Virus record (IMG/VR): IMGVR_UViG_3300021406_000012
Location: 1 to 64,000 of that record
Strand: one strand, 5' to 3'
Source: a virus
Length of the DNA stretch: 64,000 nt
Position 1 is the stretch's first letter. Each line of letters begins with the position of its first letter. This document shows positions 36,314 to 45,712 of the stretch, one piece after another. The notes beneath the pieces are model-generated. The model was given only the letters and a program-made list of their open reading frames with translations, had not been told where the DNA came from and searched no databases. A program made the position numbers and the translations under genes.

Positions 36314-36549
36314 GCACGCAAGCGCTCGACTTCGCCTTATGGATGCCGCCCATCGGCGGCGTGGCGGTCGGCGACGGCATTCAGGTGGCCTCGGTCAATC
36401 CGACCATCACGCAATGGGCCCAGGTCGGGGCCGGAGGCGGCGGCGGCATCCCCGACGCGCCGAGCACGGGCGTCACCTTCGGCCGAGTGAACGCGAGCTG
36501 GCAGCCGGTGCTGACGGCCAACTCGGTGGTCGACGCGGGAACTTTCTAA
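36310..36549 (+). CDS. Small fibre-associated protein
   Basis: DAPS.G..FGR.NA.W...DAGTF shared with next gene. Confidence 0.65.
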
Positions 36550-36561
36550 GAGGGCTGAGCC

Positions 36562-37803
36562 ATGCCGAACCAGATCCAGATCCTGCGCAGTTCGACGGCC
36601 GGCGCGCGCCCCGCCGGCAAGCAGCCGGGTGAGCCCTACATCAACTTCGCCGATGCGCAGTTCGGCGTGTTCAATGCGGCGCCCGTCGATCTGATCGCGG
36701 TCCGATACTTCAGCACCCTCTCCGCCTACGCCGCTGGCGACCATGTGATCCAGGCCGGCATCCTTTACGTCGCCAATGCTGCGACTGGCCCTGGCCCGTT
36801 TCTCCCCGCCTTTTGGGACACGGTGAGCGCAGGCACGGGCGGGCCGTTCCTGCCGCTAAGCGGCGGCATCATGAGCGGCGCGATCACCACCCTCCCGCCG
36901 GTCGCCGCGACCGACGCCGCCAACAAGAACTACGTCGACACGATGGTCGCCAATCTCCACCTGTTCCTGGGGACGTGGTCGGTCGCGGCGAACAATCCCA
37001 ACATCAGCGGCACGCCTCCCGGGATACAGACCGGCGACTATTACATGGCGACCACTGTCGTCCCGGCCACCCCAGAGACGGCGCCGGGAGGCGTCCTCGG
37101 CATCGGCGGCACGCAAGTCAATAACGGCGATCTGGTGATCTGGAATGGCGCGCTGTTCCAACGAGTGCAGGGCTCGGGCCTGACCGTGGTCGAAGGCGAC
37201 GCGCGCTACGTGATGCTGGCCGGTGGGATCATGACCGGCCCGTTGGTCCTCGACGCCGACCCGACCGCCGCGCTGGGCGCTGCGACCAAGCAATATGTCG
37301 ACGACTTGGACGCGCTGATCGCTCAGTATCTGCCTCTCGTCGGTGGAACACTGACAGGTACGCTGAATATTTCTCCACCCACCGTCAGTGCCCGTCTGAA
37401 TTTAAATTCAACAGGTTTAAATGCTCTTTTGCAGCTTAATTCTGTAAACGGCCTTTCTGATATTACAATGGGAAAGGCGTCCAGTGGTGGTTATTCGTCT
37501 ACTATTACAGGCGTTGTTGGCGCAACGCAGGACACCCGCTGGCGGATTGATTTAGTTGATGCGACCGCCGAAACTGGGGGTAATACTGGCTCTAATTTTG
37601 GTATAGTCGCATTTAGCGATGACAATTCGACGACTATCACGCCGCTTTCGATTGCCCGCGCGACTGGTGTTGTCAATTTTTCTACTACCCCCACCGTTGT
37701 TGGGGTTCCAATTGGCGGCATTGCCGACGCACCGAGCGATGGCAACGCTTACCTACGCTCGAATGCAGCATGGTCGACGGTGATCGACGCCGGAACATTC
37801 TAG
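36562..37803 (+). CDS. Tail/side fibre protein
   Basis: QILRS...PGE..INFAD, LPLSGG.MSG, AATKQYVD. Confidence 0.8.
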   Translation: MPNQIQILRSSTAGARPAGKQPGEPYINFADAQFGVFNAAPVDLIAVRYFSTLSAYAAGDHVIQAGILYVANAATGPGPFLPAFWDTVSAGTGGPFLPLSGGIMSGAITTLPPVAATDAANKNYVDTMVANLHLFLGTWSVAANNPNISGTPPGIQTGDYYMATTVVPATPETAPGGVLGIGGTQVNNGDLVIWNGALFQRVQGSGLTVVEGDARYVMLAGGIMTGPLVLDADPTAALGAATKQYVDDLDALIAQYLPLVGGTLTGTLNISPPTVSARLNLNSTGLNALLQLNSVNGLSDITMGKASSGGYSSTITGVVGATQDTRWRIDLVDATAETGGNTGSNFGIVAFSDDNSTTITPLSIARATGVVNFSTTPTVVGVPIGGIADAPSDGNAYLRSNAAWSTVIDAGTF

Positions 37804-37852
37804 GAACTAAGGCCCATACGGGCGGCTCCACGGAGCATGAGGCTAGATAGCC

Positions 37853-40015
37853 ATGGTAAATAGGGTCCAGACGCTTCGCTCGGCGGTGCCGGGTTCCGTT
37901 CCTCCTCCCGGCACCCGCCAGCCCGGAGAACTCTGGATCAACTTCGCCGATCTCTCGCTCGGCCTCATCGACACCACCCAGACGGCGCAGGCGCTGGTGG
38001 CGGTGCGCTTTTTCTCCACCTTGGCCACCTACGCCGCTGGCGATTATGTGGTCGCGGCTGGGGCGCTGTACGTCGCCAACTCCGCCACCGGCCCGGGCGC
38101 ATTTGTTCCTGCCGATTGGGATGCGGTGAGCGGAGGCGGCGGCCCGGGCGGCGGCCCGTATTTGCCGTTGGCTGGTGGAACACTGACCGGGCCACTGACG
38201 CTCGCGGGTCCGCCGGTCAATCCGAATGACGCCGCGACCATGGCTTTTGTTGCCGCCTCTGTCGCCGGCTATCTGCCGCTGAGCGGGGGCACGCTAACTG
38301 GCGTGGTTCGGTTCCCCAGCAACAACAGCTTCGTGATCAACGGGGCGGCCGGAACCCAAAGAGCGATCCTCACTCAGACGGCTGGCGCTAATCGTTGGCA
38401 GATGATGCTCGGCGACGTCACCGCCGAGTCGGGCCTCAACGCCGGGTCGAATTTTTCGCTCACCGCGCTCAGTGACGCAGGCGCGGTTCTCAGCATACCT
38501 CTGTCGATCAACCGGGCGACCGGCGCGGTCACCATCGCTTCGACCACTGGCCCCGGCTCCGCTTCGCCGACGCTCGCCCTCAATGAGTCCGGCACTGCTT
38601 CTGGCAACCTCATTCTGGGGCAGCGCAACGGGCTCGCGCGCTGGCAAGTGTCGCTCGGCGATTACCTCGGCGAGTCGACCGGCAACGCGGGCTCGAACTT
38701 CCGCCTCGACCGCTACAGCGACGCCGGGGCGCAGCTTACGCCTTCGCCGCTGGTGATCGCCCGCAATACCGGGGTGGCGACCTTCAGCGCGATCCCGAGC
38801 TTCCCGGGCGGCGCGGCGGGCAACGCCTTGACGACCGACGGGGCGGGCGATCTGTCGTTTGTGCCGATGCCAGCGCCTTCGACTACGCTGCCGTTGGCGG
38901 ATAGTGGGACGGGGGCGATCGGCTCCTTGGCCACCTCTTTCGCGCTGGCCGACCATGTGCATCCGGCGTCATCAGGAAGCGCGCTGGATATCACTTATTT
39001 TGGCGACGGTTCGGACGGCGCGGTGACCATCACGACGACCGTCGCGCTGACCCGCGACATGTACTATTCCAACTTGACGATCAGTGGCGCTGGCATCCTG
39101 CAAACAGTGGGCTGGCGGGTATTCGTGTCTGGCATACTCGATCTTTCGGCGGCGGGCCCTGGTGCGATTGCCCCTACGAGCTTACCGTCGACCGTTGGAG
39201 GCAATGGCGGAAGCCCGACAGGGGGGACCGCCGCGTTGGCTAGGTCCGGACAATGGTTCGTGGGTTCGGCGGGCGGTGTGGGCGGCGCAGGTTCCAGCAC
39301 CGCTAACGGCAATGGTGCTGCTGGAGGGACGGTTACCAACCCAAATGGCAGTACGGGTTGTCTCGGCGGCAATGGTGGCGTTGGCGGCGTTGGCGGAACT
39401 CCTGGGATCGGGGGGGTTCCAGGGAACGGTGGCACCAATAACTATGTTTTGGGTCGCCTTCGTTTTCCAATGGTTATCCCCATTTATCCTCCCACTGGCA
39501 GTACCCCTATGTATTGTGGCGGCCTTGCCGGTTCGGGCGGCGGCGGAGGCGGCAGCGCCGCGAACGCAAACAACAATGGCGGCGGCGGCGGCGGTGGTGG
39601 CGCAGGCGGCGTTCTCTTCATCTGGGCGCGCACCATCAATCGCGGCGTAGGGACGGCGGCGGGAGTGATCAATCTGTCGGGCTTCAACGGCGGCAACGGC
39701 GGCATTGCTAGCAGTTCCGGCGGAGGTGGAGGCGGCGGCGGAGGCGGTGGCGGGGTCTATCTTGTTTTCAAGTTTCTGACCGGGACGCCTGTAGCCAATG
39801 CGATCAACCTGTCAGGCGGCAATGGCGGCAACGCCGGCACCGGGACTGCTGCCCTACAAGGGCAAGGCGGCGCGGGCGGCAGCGCAGGGACTTTGACGAT
39901 GTGCGACCTCACCGCTGACACGGTTACAGCGCAAATCGGGCCGCCGGGTAATCCGCCAACCGGCACCGGCAATGTGACCGGCGGCTTGGGCGGCGTAGGC
40001 TTGTTCACCCTATGA
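37853..40015 (+). CDS. Tail/side fibre protein with Gly-rich C-terminus
   Basis: N-terminus paralogous to 36562 gene; A.ADHVHP, FGDGSDG, poly-Gly. Confidence 0.8.
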   Translation: MVNRVQTLRSAVPGSVPPPGTRQPGELWINFADLSLGLIDTTQTAQALVAVRFFSTLATYAAGDYVVAAGALYVANSATGPGAFVPADWDAVSGGGGPGGGPYLPLAGGTLTGPLTLAGPPVNPNDAATMAFVAASVAGYLPLSGGTLTGVVRFPSNNSFVINGAAGTQRAILTQTAGANRWQMMLGDVTAESGLNAGSNFSLTALSDAGAVLSIPLSINRATGAVTIASTTGPGSASPTLALNESGTASGNLILGQRNGLARWQVSLGDYLGESTGNAGSNFRLDRYSDAGAQLTPSPLVIARNTGVATFSAIPSFPGGAAGNALTTDGAGDLSFVPMPAPSTTLPLADSGTGAIGSLATSFALADHVHPASSGSALDITYFGDGSDGAVTITTTVALTRDMYYSNLTISGAGILQTVGWRVFVSGILDLSAAGPGAIAPTSLPSTVGGNGGSPTGGTAALARSGQWFVGSAGGVGGAGSSTANGNGAAGGTVTNPNGSTGCLGGNGGVGGVGGTPGIGGVPGNGGTNNYVLGRLRFPMVIPIYPPTGSTPMYCGGLAGSGGGGGGSAANANNNGGGGGGGGAGGVLFIWARTINRGVGTAAGVINLSGFNGGNGGIASSSGGGGGGGGGGGGVYLVFKFLTGTPVANAINLSGGNGGNAGTGTAALQGQGGAGGSAGTLTMCDLTADTVTAQIGPPGNPPTGTGNVTGGLGGVGLFTL

Positions 40016-40227
40016 GCACGATCATCGACAAATATGGCCGGGAGATCACCGTCCGAACGGGCGTTGTGACTCAAGGTGCTCCTGGGGCGGAGGACGTCTA
40101 TTCATTTGACGGCGTCGATGTCTGGCTCCCGACCGGGACGCCTGAATATCTCGCCTTAGCGACGATTGAGGCGATGGCCCCGGATTGGTGGACGACGCCA
40201 GAGCCGGATCAAGGGCCGCCGTCGTGA
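40012..40227 (+). CDS. Small tail-associated protein
   Basis: ATGA coupling on both sides. Confidence 0.55.
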   Translation: MSTIIDKYGREITVRTGVVTQGAPGAEDVYSFDGVDVWLPTGTPEYLALATIEAMAPDWWTTPEPDQGPPS

Positions 40228-41024
40228 GCTACACCTACGCCAGCTTCCAGAAGGCGCTCGCGCTGGAGATGATCATCCCCAACGCCAACGTGAGCGATCC
40301 GAACTTCGTCGCCATCCTGCCGACCATCGTCGATTACGCCGAGCAGCGCATCTATCGCGAACTCGACCTCCTGGCCACCCAGGTGGTGCAATGGTTCGCC
40401 ATGACCCCGAACTCGCGCGCGCAGAGCTTCGCGGCTAGCAGCTCCGTCTACGCCAATCATACCCCGGCGCAGCAAATCCTCGTCGTTGAGCGGGTCCGGG
40501 TGATGCCTCCCACCGCGACCCCTGGCGGCGGCTTCAATCAGGGCGGCGAGCCGCTTACTCCGAGCAGCATGGATTATCTCGACGCCGTCTACAGCGGCGT
40601 CTTCCCGGCCCCAGGCCCGACCGGGCGGCCTGTAAAGTTTTCGCAGCGCGACGATCAGACGATCGTCTTCGGCCCCACGCCGGATCAGGCCTATTTCTTC
40701 GACATCCAGGGTGAAGCGCGCCCGGTGCCGCTCTATAGCGCCGCGCCTGGAGACGGCTCGCAGACGACGTTCCTGACGACGGTCCTGCCCGATCTCTTCC
40801 TCGCAGGCGCGATGATCGCGGCGTCCGGCTATCGTCACAACTTCGGCGCTCAGTCCGACGATCCGCGCATGGCGCTGAGCTGGGAGAGCCAGTACATGGA
40901 GCTGCTCCTTTCCGCGAAGACGGAAGAGGTGCGCAAGCGGTTCCTCGGCTGGCAGCAAATGTCATCGCGCAGCGGACCGGCGAGTGCAGGCGGAGCCGCG
41001 CCCCCGGCGCCAGCTGGGGGATGA
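40224..41024 (+). CDS. Second adaptor/tail tubular protein
   Basis: I.YAEQRIYRELD, G.P, FGPTPDQAY, TTFL...PDLFL. Confidence 0.75.
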   Translation: MSYTYASFQKALALEMIIPNANVSDPNFVAILPTIVDYAEQRIYRELDLLATQVVQWFAMTPNSRAQSFAASSSVYANHTPAQQILVVERVRVMPPTATPGGGFNQGGEPLTPSSMDYLDAVYSGVFPAPGPTGRPVKFSQRDDQTIVFGPTPDQAYFFDIQGEARPVPLYSAAPGDGSQTTFLTTVLPDLFLAGAMIAASGYRHNFGAQSDDPRMALSWESQYMELLLSAKTEEVRKRFLGWQQMSSRSGPASAGGAAPPAPAGG

Positions 41025-41027
41025 GCT

Positions 41028-44000
41028 TTGCCCTTCTTGACCGTCAAGATTCAGCCTGGGGTCAAGACCATCGCGACCCCGACGCTGCTCAACGCGAACA
41101 TCGTCGCCTCAAACTTGATCCGCTGGCGCGGCGGCCTGCCCGAGAAGTACGGCGGCTGGATGAATTTCTTCACCAACCTGGGCACGGGCGGCGGCCCGGG
41201 CGCCGCCACCCTTCCGGGTATCGTCCGCGACATGTGCGCCTGGGCGGACCTCGACACCATCAACCACCTCGCGCTTGGCGGAACCAATGGCTTGACAGCC
41301 CTGACGCCAAACGCGGCGGGAGGGCCGCCGACGGTGGGCGATATCGCGCCGCGCTACGTGCTGACCACGAGCACGACTGCGATCACGACCGATGGGTCGA
41401 CCTTTTCGTCGCTCGCTCTAGACGCATCACCGCCAGGAAGCATGACTATCACCCTTGCTGGCAACGTAGCCGCGTCGGTGCAAGTCGGATGGCGCGTTCG
41501 CTGCTTTGGCTCCAGCTCAGCGTACGTCATTGGCCCCACGTTCGCGATCCCGCAGGGGACAGTCGTCACCGCGATAGCCGTGGCGCCTCCGCCCGGAGGC
41601 GGCGGCAACGTGACGACAATCACTTTAAGCCAGCCAGTTGCGCCAGGATTTCCTGGGACAGCGGGTGCTCCTGGGCCAGGGGTGCAGCAAGCCGCTCAGA
41701 TTGTTTTCGACAGCCCCGCGACAATCATCACGTTCACCGACCCCAGCATGCCATCGGGGTTCAACACCCACTGCTCGATCCAGGTTCTGAACCACGTCTG
41801 GCTCGGCGACGGGCAGATCCTGTTGGGGACATATCCGGTACAAACCGTCACGGGGGGTTCGAGCGGGGTCTTCACGATCGCCGCGCCGCCGGGGTGGTTT
41901 TACTGTGCCACGCCGGCCGTGCTGAGTCTCCAACTAACTAACGGCGTCACCGGCGTCGCCGGCCCACCAGAGGGGATAGGCACCTTCCCCTACACAATGA
42001 ACATTGGCGGTAGCAGCGGCTTGACCTTCCCAACGGTCGGCATAGTGCCATATCAGGCGGGCGGCACGCTCGCTATCGCAGCGCCGACGACCTTTGGCGG
42101 GGTCAATTTTGAGGGGCAGTTTTACGCGATCACGGCGCTCGACGTGGGGCAAAACACTCCAATGAACACCGGGCGAAGTTTCGCCTTCAGCCTACCCAAT
42201 CCCCCCAGTGCGAACGGCAACGTGAACGAGGGCAATCTCGTCAGCCCGCAAGTCGCGGAGATTATTTACTGGCTTTCGGAGCCGCCCGTAGGCACGGCGC
42301 ACAACCCGCGCGGCGCGCTCGGCGGGAATCCTTACCCGCCTCTCTACGGCAGTGCGGACTATGGAGCGCGCTGGGTCGGCGGTGTCACCAGTGACGACTG
42401 GTCGCTCGCCAACTTCGGCTCGACGCTCCTATCGAGCCCGCTCAATGGGCCACTGTTCCAGTGGGACCCGACGGCGGGCGTTCCGAACTCGGCCGCGATC
42501 GGCGGCGCGCCCACCACTTGCGCGGGCTTTTTTGTCGGCATGCCCGAGCAGCAGATCATTGTTTATGGGGCAAGCTACGATCAGGTGCAGGACCCGCTGC
42601 TCGTCGCGTGGTGCGACAACGCCAACTACAACGTTTGGATTGCCAATACCGACAATCAGGCTGGGACGTTTCGGCTGTCGCGCGGAAGCAAGATTGTCGG
42701 CGGCATCCAGGGGCCGCAGCAGGCGATGCTGTGGACCGATGTCGGTCTCTGGGTGATGAGTTACATCGGATATCCGGATGTGTTCGGGTTCAATGAGGTG
42801 GCGCAGGGATGCGGGCTGATCGGCAAGCACGCCGTCGCGGTCTACGGCCCCCAGGTGTTCTGGATGGGGCGCGACGCCTTCTGGGTTTACGCTAACGGCG
42901 CGGCGCAGCGGCTCCCGTGCGATGTGTGGGACGTCATCGTCAAGAACCTCAACAACACGCGAAACAGCAACGGGGATTACATCTACTGGGGCCACATTCG
43001 CGGAGCCGCGAACTCGGACTATGACGAAGTCGCGTGGCACTTCCCCTCACAGGCCGCGACGGACGGTGAGAACGACAGCTTCGTCAAATTCAATACGGTC
43101 ACCGGGGAATGGGACTATTCGATCTCGACCCCGCAACAAGGCATGGTCGGCAATACGCCGGTCCGGATAACCGAGTGGACCGATCATAATATTTTCGGTC
43201 ACCCGCTCTCGGTGATGCTTGGCCACACCGTCATAACCGGGGTGGCCTCCGCCGGAGCCGCCGCAGGCGCAACCACTTTCTCGCTCGTTGGGGGGCTGCC
43301 CGCAGGCGTTCTCGTCGGGATGACTATCGCCGACCTCACCAACCCGGCTGCGATTACGGCTGGGACCCAGTTGTCCATCGTCACGACCCAAGTGACTTTG
43401 AGCCTACCTTTGACGGCAAACGTGCCTGTCGGGAGTTTGATTACCTTTGTGGCGCCAAGCGGCTATCCGTCCATGACCGTGGCCACGAGCGCGGCGAGTG
43501 CTTCTGGATCATCCGTTCTGAGCTTCACTACCAATCTGGCGGGGCTCGCTGTCGGCTGGGAGGTCTTTGCTTTCGCTGGCGCGATAGCAAGCGCGACCAC
43601 GGTAAGCAGCTTCATCGCCTCGCAGATCACGGTGAGCGAGCCTTTGGCGGCGAATGTCTCGGCTGGCGACCAGATCCAGTTCACCGGCTGGAACTCCTCG
43701 GTGATGCAGCATGAAATGGGAATGGACGCCAACGGCTCGCCCATCAATTGGATGATCCAGACCGGCTTCTTCATGCTCAGCGATGGCGAGGACAAGGTCT
43801 TCGTCGACTACATGCTGCCCGACTTCGTGTGGCGGCGGTGGCAACAGCCGCAGTCCGTCAGCGCTACGGTCGAGATCACGCTCTACACCGCCGATGAGCC
43901 TGACGACCCGAACAACCCGTGGGTCGCCTACGGGCCTTTTGTGGTGACCAACGCCTCCGGGGGCGTTGAGCCCCGGTGCCGAGGGCGATACTTCTTCGCG

Positions 44001-44081
44001 CAGATCCAGGGCAATGACCTCGGATCGTTCGTCCGACTGGGGGGCATCAAATTTCGCTGTGCACCTGACGGGCGCAATTAG
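41028..44081 (+). CDS. Tail nozzle / DNA stabilization protein
   Basis: IRWR.GLPEKYGGW, WSLANFG, DPLLVAWCD, NQAG.FRLS.GS.I, WTD, HE.G.D, R.RGR, PDGR. Confidence 0.8.
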   Translation: MPFLTVKIQPGVKTIATPTLLNANIVASNLIRWRGGLPEKYGGWMNFFTNLGTGGGPGAATLPGIVRDMCAWADLDTINHLALGGTNGLTALTPNAAGGPPTVGDIAPRYVLTTSTTAITTDGSTFSSLALDASPPGSMTITLAGNVAASVQVGWRVRCFGSSSAYVIGPTFAIPQGTVVTAIAVAPPPGGGGNVTTITLSQPVAPGFPGTAGAPGPGVQQAAQIVFDSPATIITFTDPSMPSGFNTHCSIQVLNHVWLGDGQILLGTYPVQTVTGGSSGVFTIAAPPGWFYCATPAVLSLQLTNGVTGVAGPPEGIGTFPYTMNIGGSSGLTFPTVGIVPYQAGGTLAIAAPTTFGGVNFEGQFYAITALDVGQNTPMNTGRSFAFSLPNPPSANGNVNEGNLVSPQVAEIIYWLSEPPVGTAHNPRGALGGNPYPPLYGSADYGARWVGGVTSDDWSLANFGSTLLSSPLNGPLFQWDPTAGVPNSAAIGGAPTTCAGFFVGMPEQQIIVYGASYDQVQDPLLVAWCDNANYNVWIANTDNQAGTFRLSRGSKIVGGIQGPQQAMLWTDVGLWVMSYIGYPDVFGFNEVAQGCGLIGKHAVAVYGPQVFWMGRDAFWVYANGAAQRLPCDVWDVIVKNLNNTRNSNGDYIYWGHIRGAANSDYDEVAWHFPSQAATDGENDSFVKFNTVTGEWDYSISTPQQGMVGNTPVRITEWTDHNIFGHPLSVMLGHTVITGVASAGAAAGATTFSLVGGLPAGVLVGMTIADLTNPAAITAGTQLSIVTTQVTLSLPLTANVPVGSLITFVAPSGYPSMTVATSAASASGSSVLSFTTNLAGLAVGWEVFAFAGAIASATTVSSFIASQITVSEPLAANVSAGDQIQFTGWNSSVMQHEMGMDANGSPINWMIQTGFFMLSDGEDKVFVDYMLPDFVWRRWQQPQSVSATVEITLYTADEPDDPNNPWVAYGPFVVTNASGGVEPRCRGRYFFAQIQGNDLGSFVRLGGIKFRCAPDGRN

Positions 44082-44093
44082 GGAGAAGAGCTA

Positions 44094-44411
44094 ATGGCCG
44101 ATATCGGCGCGGGCGACCTCCAGACGCTGATCTCGACGTTGCAGAACAGCAACAAGCAGTCCGGCCATATCATCAAAGCCATCGAAGGGGTCGGCAGTTC
44201 GTTGGCCAGCTCTTTGAGCGGTAGTATCGGTACGACCGTCGCCCTCGCCGTCTCTCAAGCCCTCGCCTCGACGAGCACGAGGGCGACGGCCGAGCCATCG
44301 TTCGGAGCCACGACAGAGGGCGGGCCTCTCCCGGCTGAGCCGGACGGCTACATCACCATCACCATTCCTGGCGTCGGGGATCGCTTCATCCCCTATTACT
44401 CGGCGGGGTAG
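44094..44411 (+). CDS. Hypothetical tail protein
   Basis: LPAEPDGYI.I...IPYY C-terminus. Confidence 0.6.
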   Translation: MADIGAGDLQTLISTLQNSNKQSGHIIKAIEGVGSSLASSLSGSIGTTVALAVSQALASTSTRATAEPSFGATTEGGPLPAEPDGYITITIPGVGDRFIPYYSAG

Positions 44412-44416
44412 GCCTC

Positions 44417-45130
44417 ATGCCCGGTTACAATCCATCGTCAATTAGAATCCAGCGCATGCTTGGCGCGACGGCGCCCATCCGCCCGCCGAAGATGCCGAAA
44501 CCGATGTCGACGCCGAAGTTCGGCCCCGGGATCAGCGATCGGATGCTGATGCGGCCAGGGCGCGCCGACGGCGGCGGCATCACCGACAGTCCCGCCTCAC
44601 CCTTCGCGGGCGGCATCATGTCGACCGGCGCCGGCCGCGCCGACGACGTCCCGATGCATGTCCCGAACGGGGCCTATGTCATGCCAGCCTGGGCGGTCAG
44701 CCATCTCGGCGAGGGGAACACCATCAACGGCATGAGCCAATTGAAGATGATGTTCGGCAGCCCGTGGGGCGCGCCAAAGACGCCGTTCGGCGCTCCGAGC
44801 CCAGCGCTTTCGGTCGGCAAGGGCGTCCCCATGCCGCATCCGAAGCCTCCGCCCATGCACTTCCAACCGCCGAATTTCTACCCACAGGGCATGTCGGCGG
44901 AGAACCCGGCGCTGAGCGACAAGCAGAAGCACGGCGGTGCGGCGGTCGGCGGTGGGGGAGCGATCCCGATCAACGCGAGCGGCGGCGAGTTCGTGATCGA
45001 CCCGGACGAGGTTGCGAGAATCGGGGACGGCAACGTCAATAAGGGACACAAGGTCCTCGACTTGTGGGTCATGAAGTTGAAGAAAGAGGCAGCCGACACG
45101 CTCAAGAAGCTCCCCGGTCCGGCGAAATAG
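44417..45130 (+). CDS. Virion protein with tandem tape-measure-C-terminal-like domains
   Basis: GRADDVPMHVPNGAYVMPA.AVS.LG.GN and IPINASGGEFVI.P.EV.RIG.GN. Confidence 0.7.
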   Translation: MPGYNPSSIRIQRMLGATAPIRPPKMPKPMSTPKFGPGISDRMLMRPGRADGGGITDSPASPFAGGIMSTGAGRADDVPMHVPNGAYVMPAWAVSHLGEGNTINGMSQLKMMFGSPWGAPKTPFGAPSPALSVGKGVPMPHPKPPPMHFQPPNFYPQGMSAENPALSDKQKHGGAAVGGGGAIPINASGGEFVIDPDEVARIGDGNVNKGHKVLDLWVMKLKKEAADTLKKLPGPAK

Positions 45131-45140
45131 GAGGCGAGGC

Positions 45141-45707
45141 GTGAAAGAGTTCTCGCGCGAGCACGAAGCCGAGCTGCGGGACACGCCACCGCGCACCCCG
45201 ATCCGCTTAGCCGATGACGACGACGAGCTGGGCATCCTCGACATGTGTCGGCTGATGCACCGAGAGCAGCCCTATCACCCGCTCAACGTCGGCAAGGTGG
45301 CGGCGATGATCAGGCTCGCCATCCATCAGGGGCCGGAGCGGCGTGGCATCCTCGGCGTGATCGGCGAGCGCGACCATCTCCGGGGCGCGATCTTCCTGCT
45401 GATCGAACCAATCTGGTACTCGGACGACTGGCAGCTGCTTGAGTTTTTCAATTACGTGCGGCCGGAATATCGGCGCGAGGGCTACGCCCAAGATCTCATA
45501 GCCTACGCCAAGCGGTGCAGCGATCAGATCGGCATCGACCTAACCATCGGCGTGTTCTCGAACATCCGGACCGCCGCGAAGATCCGCCTCTATCGCCGCT
45601 GGGTCCCGCAGTTCGGCGCGTTCTTCTGTTACGCGCCCCCGAACCGGAAACCGTTTATCGATCGCCTCGCTGAAATGACGCCCGTGAACAAAGTCGCGGC
45701 GGAGTAG
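45141..45707 (+). CDS. GNAT acetyltransferase
   Basis: WYSDD..L.E.FNYVRPEYRREG.A..LI.YAK. Confidence 0.75.
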   Translation: MKEFSREHEAELRDTPPRTPIRLADDDDELGILDMCRLMHREQPYHPLNVGKVAAMIRLAIHQGPERRGILGVIGERDHLRGAIFLLIEPIWYSDDWQLLEFFNYVRPEYRREGYAQDLIAYAKRCSDQIGIDLTIGVFSNIRTAAKIRLYRRWVPQFGAFFCYAPPNRKPFIDRLAEMTPVNKVAAE

Positions 45708-45712
45708 CAACC

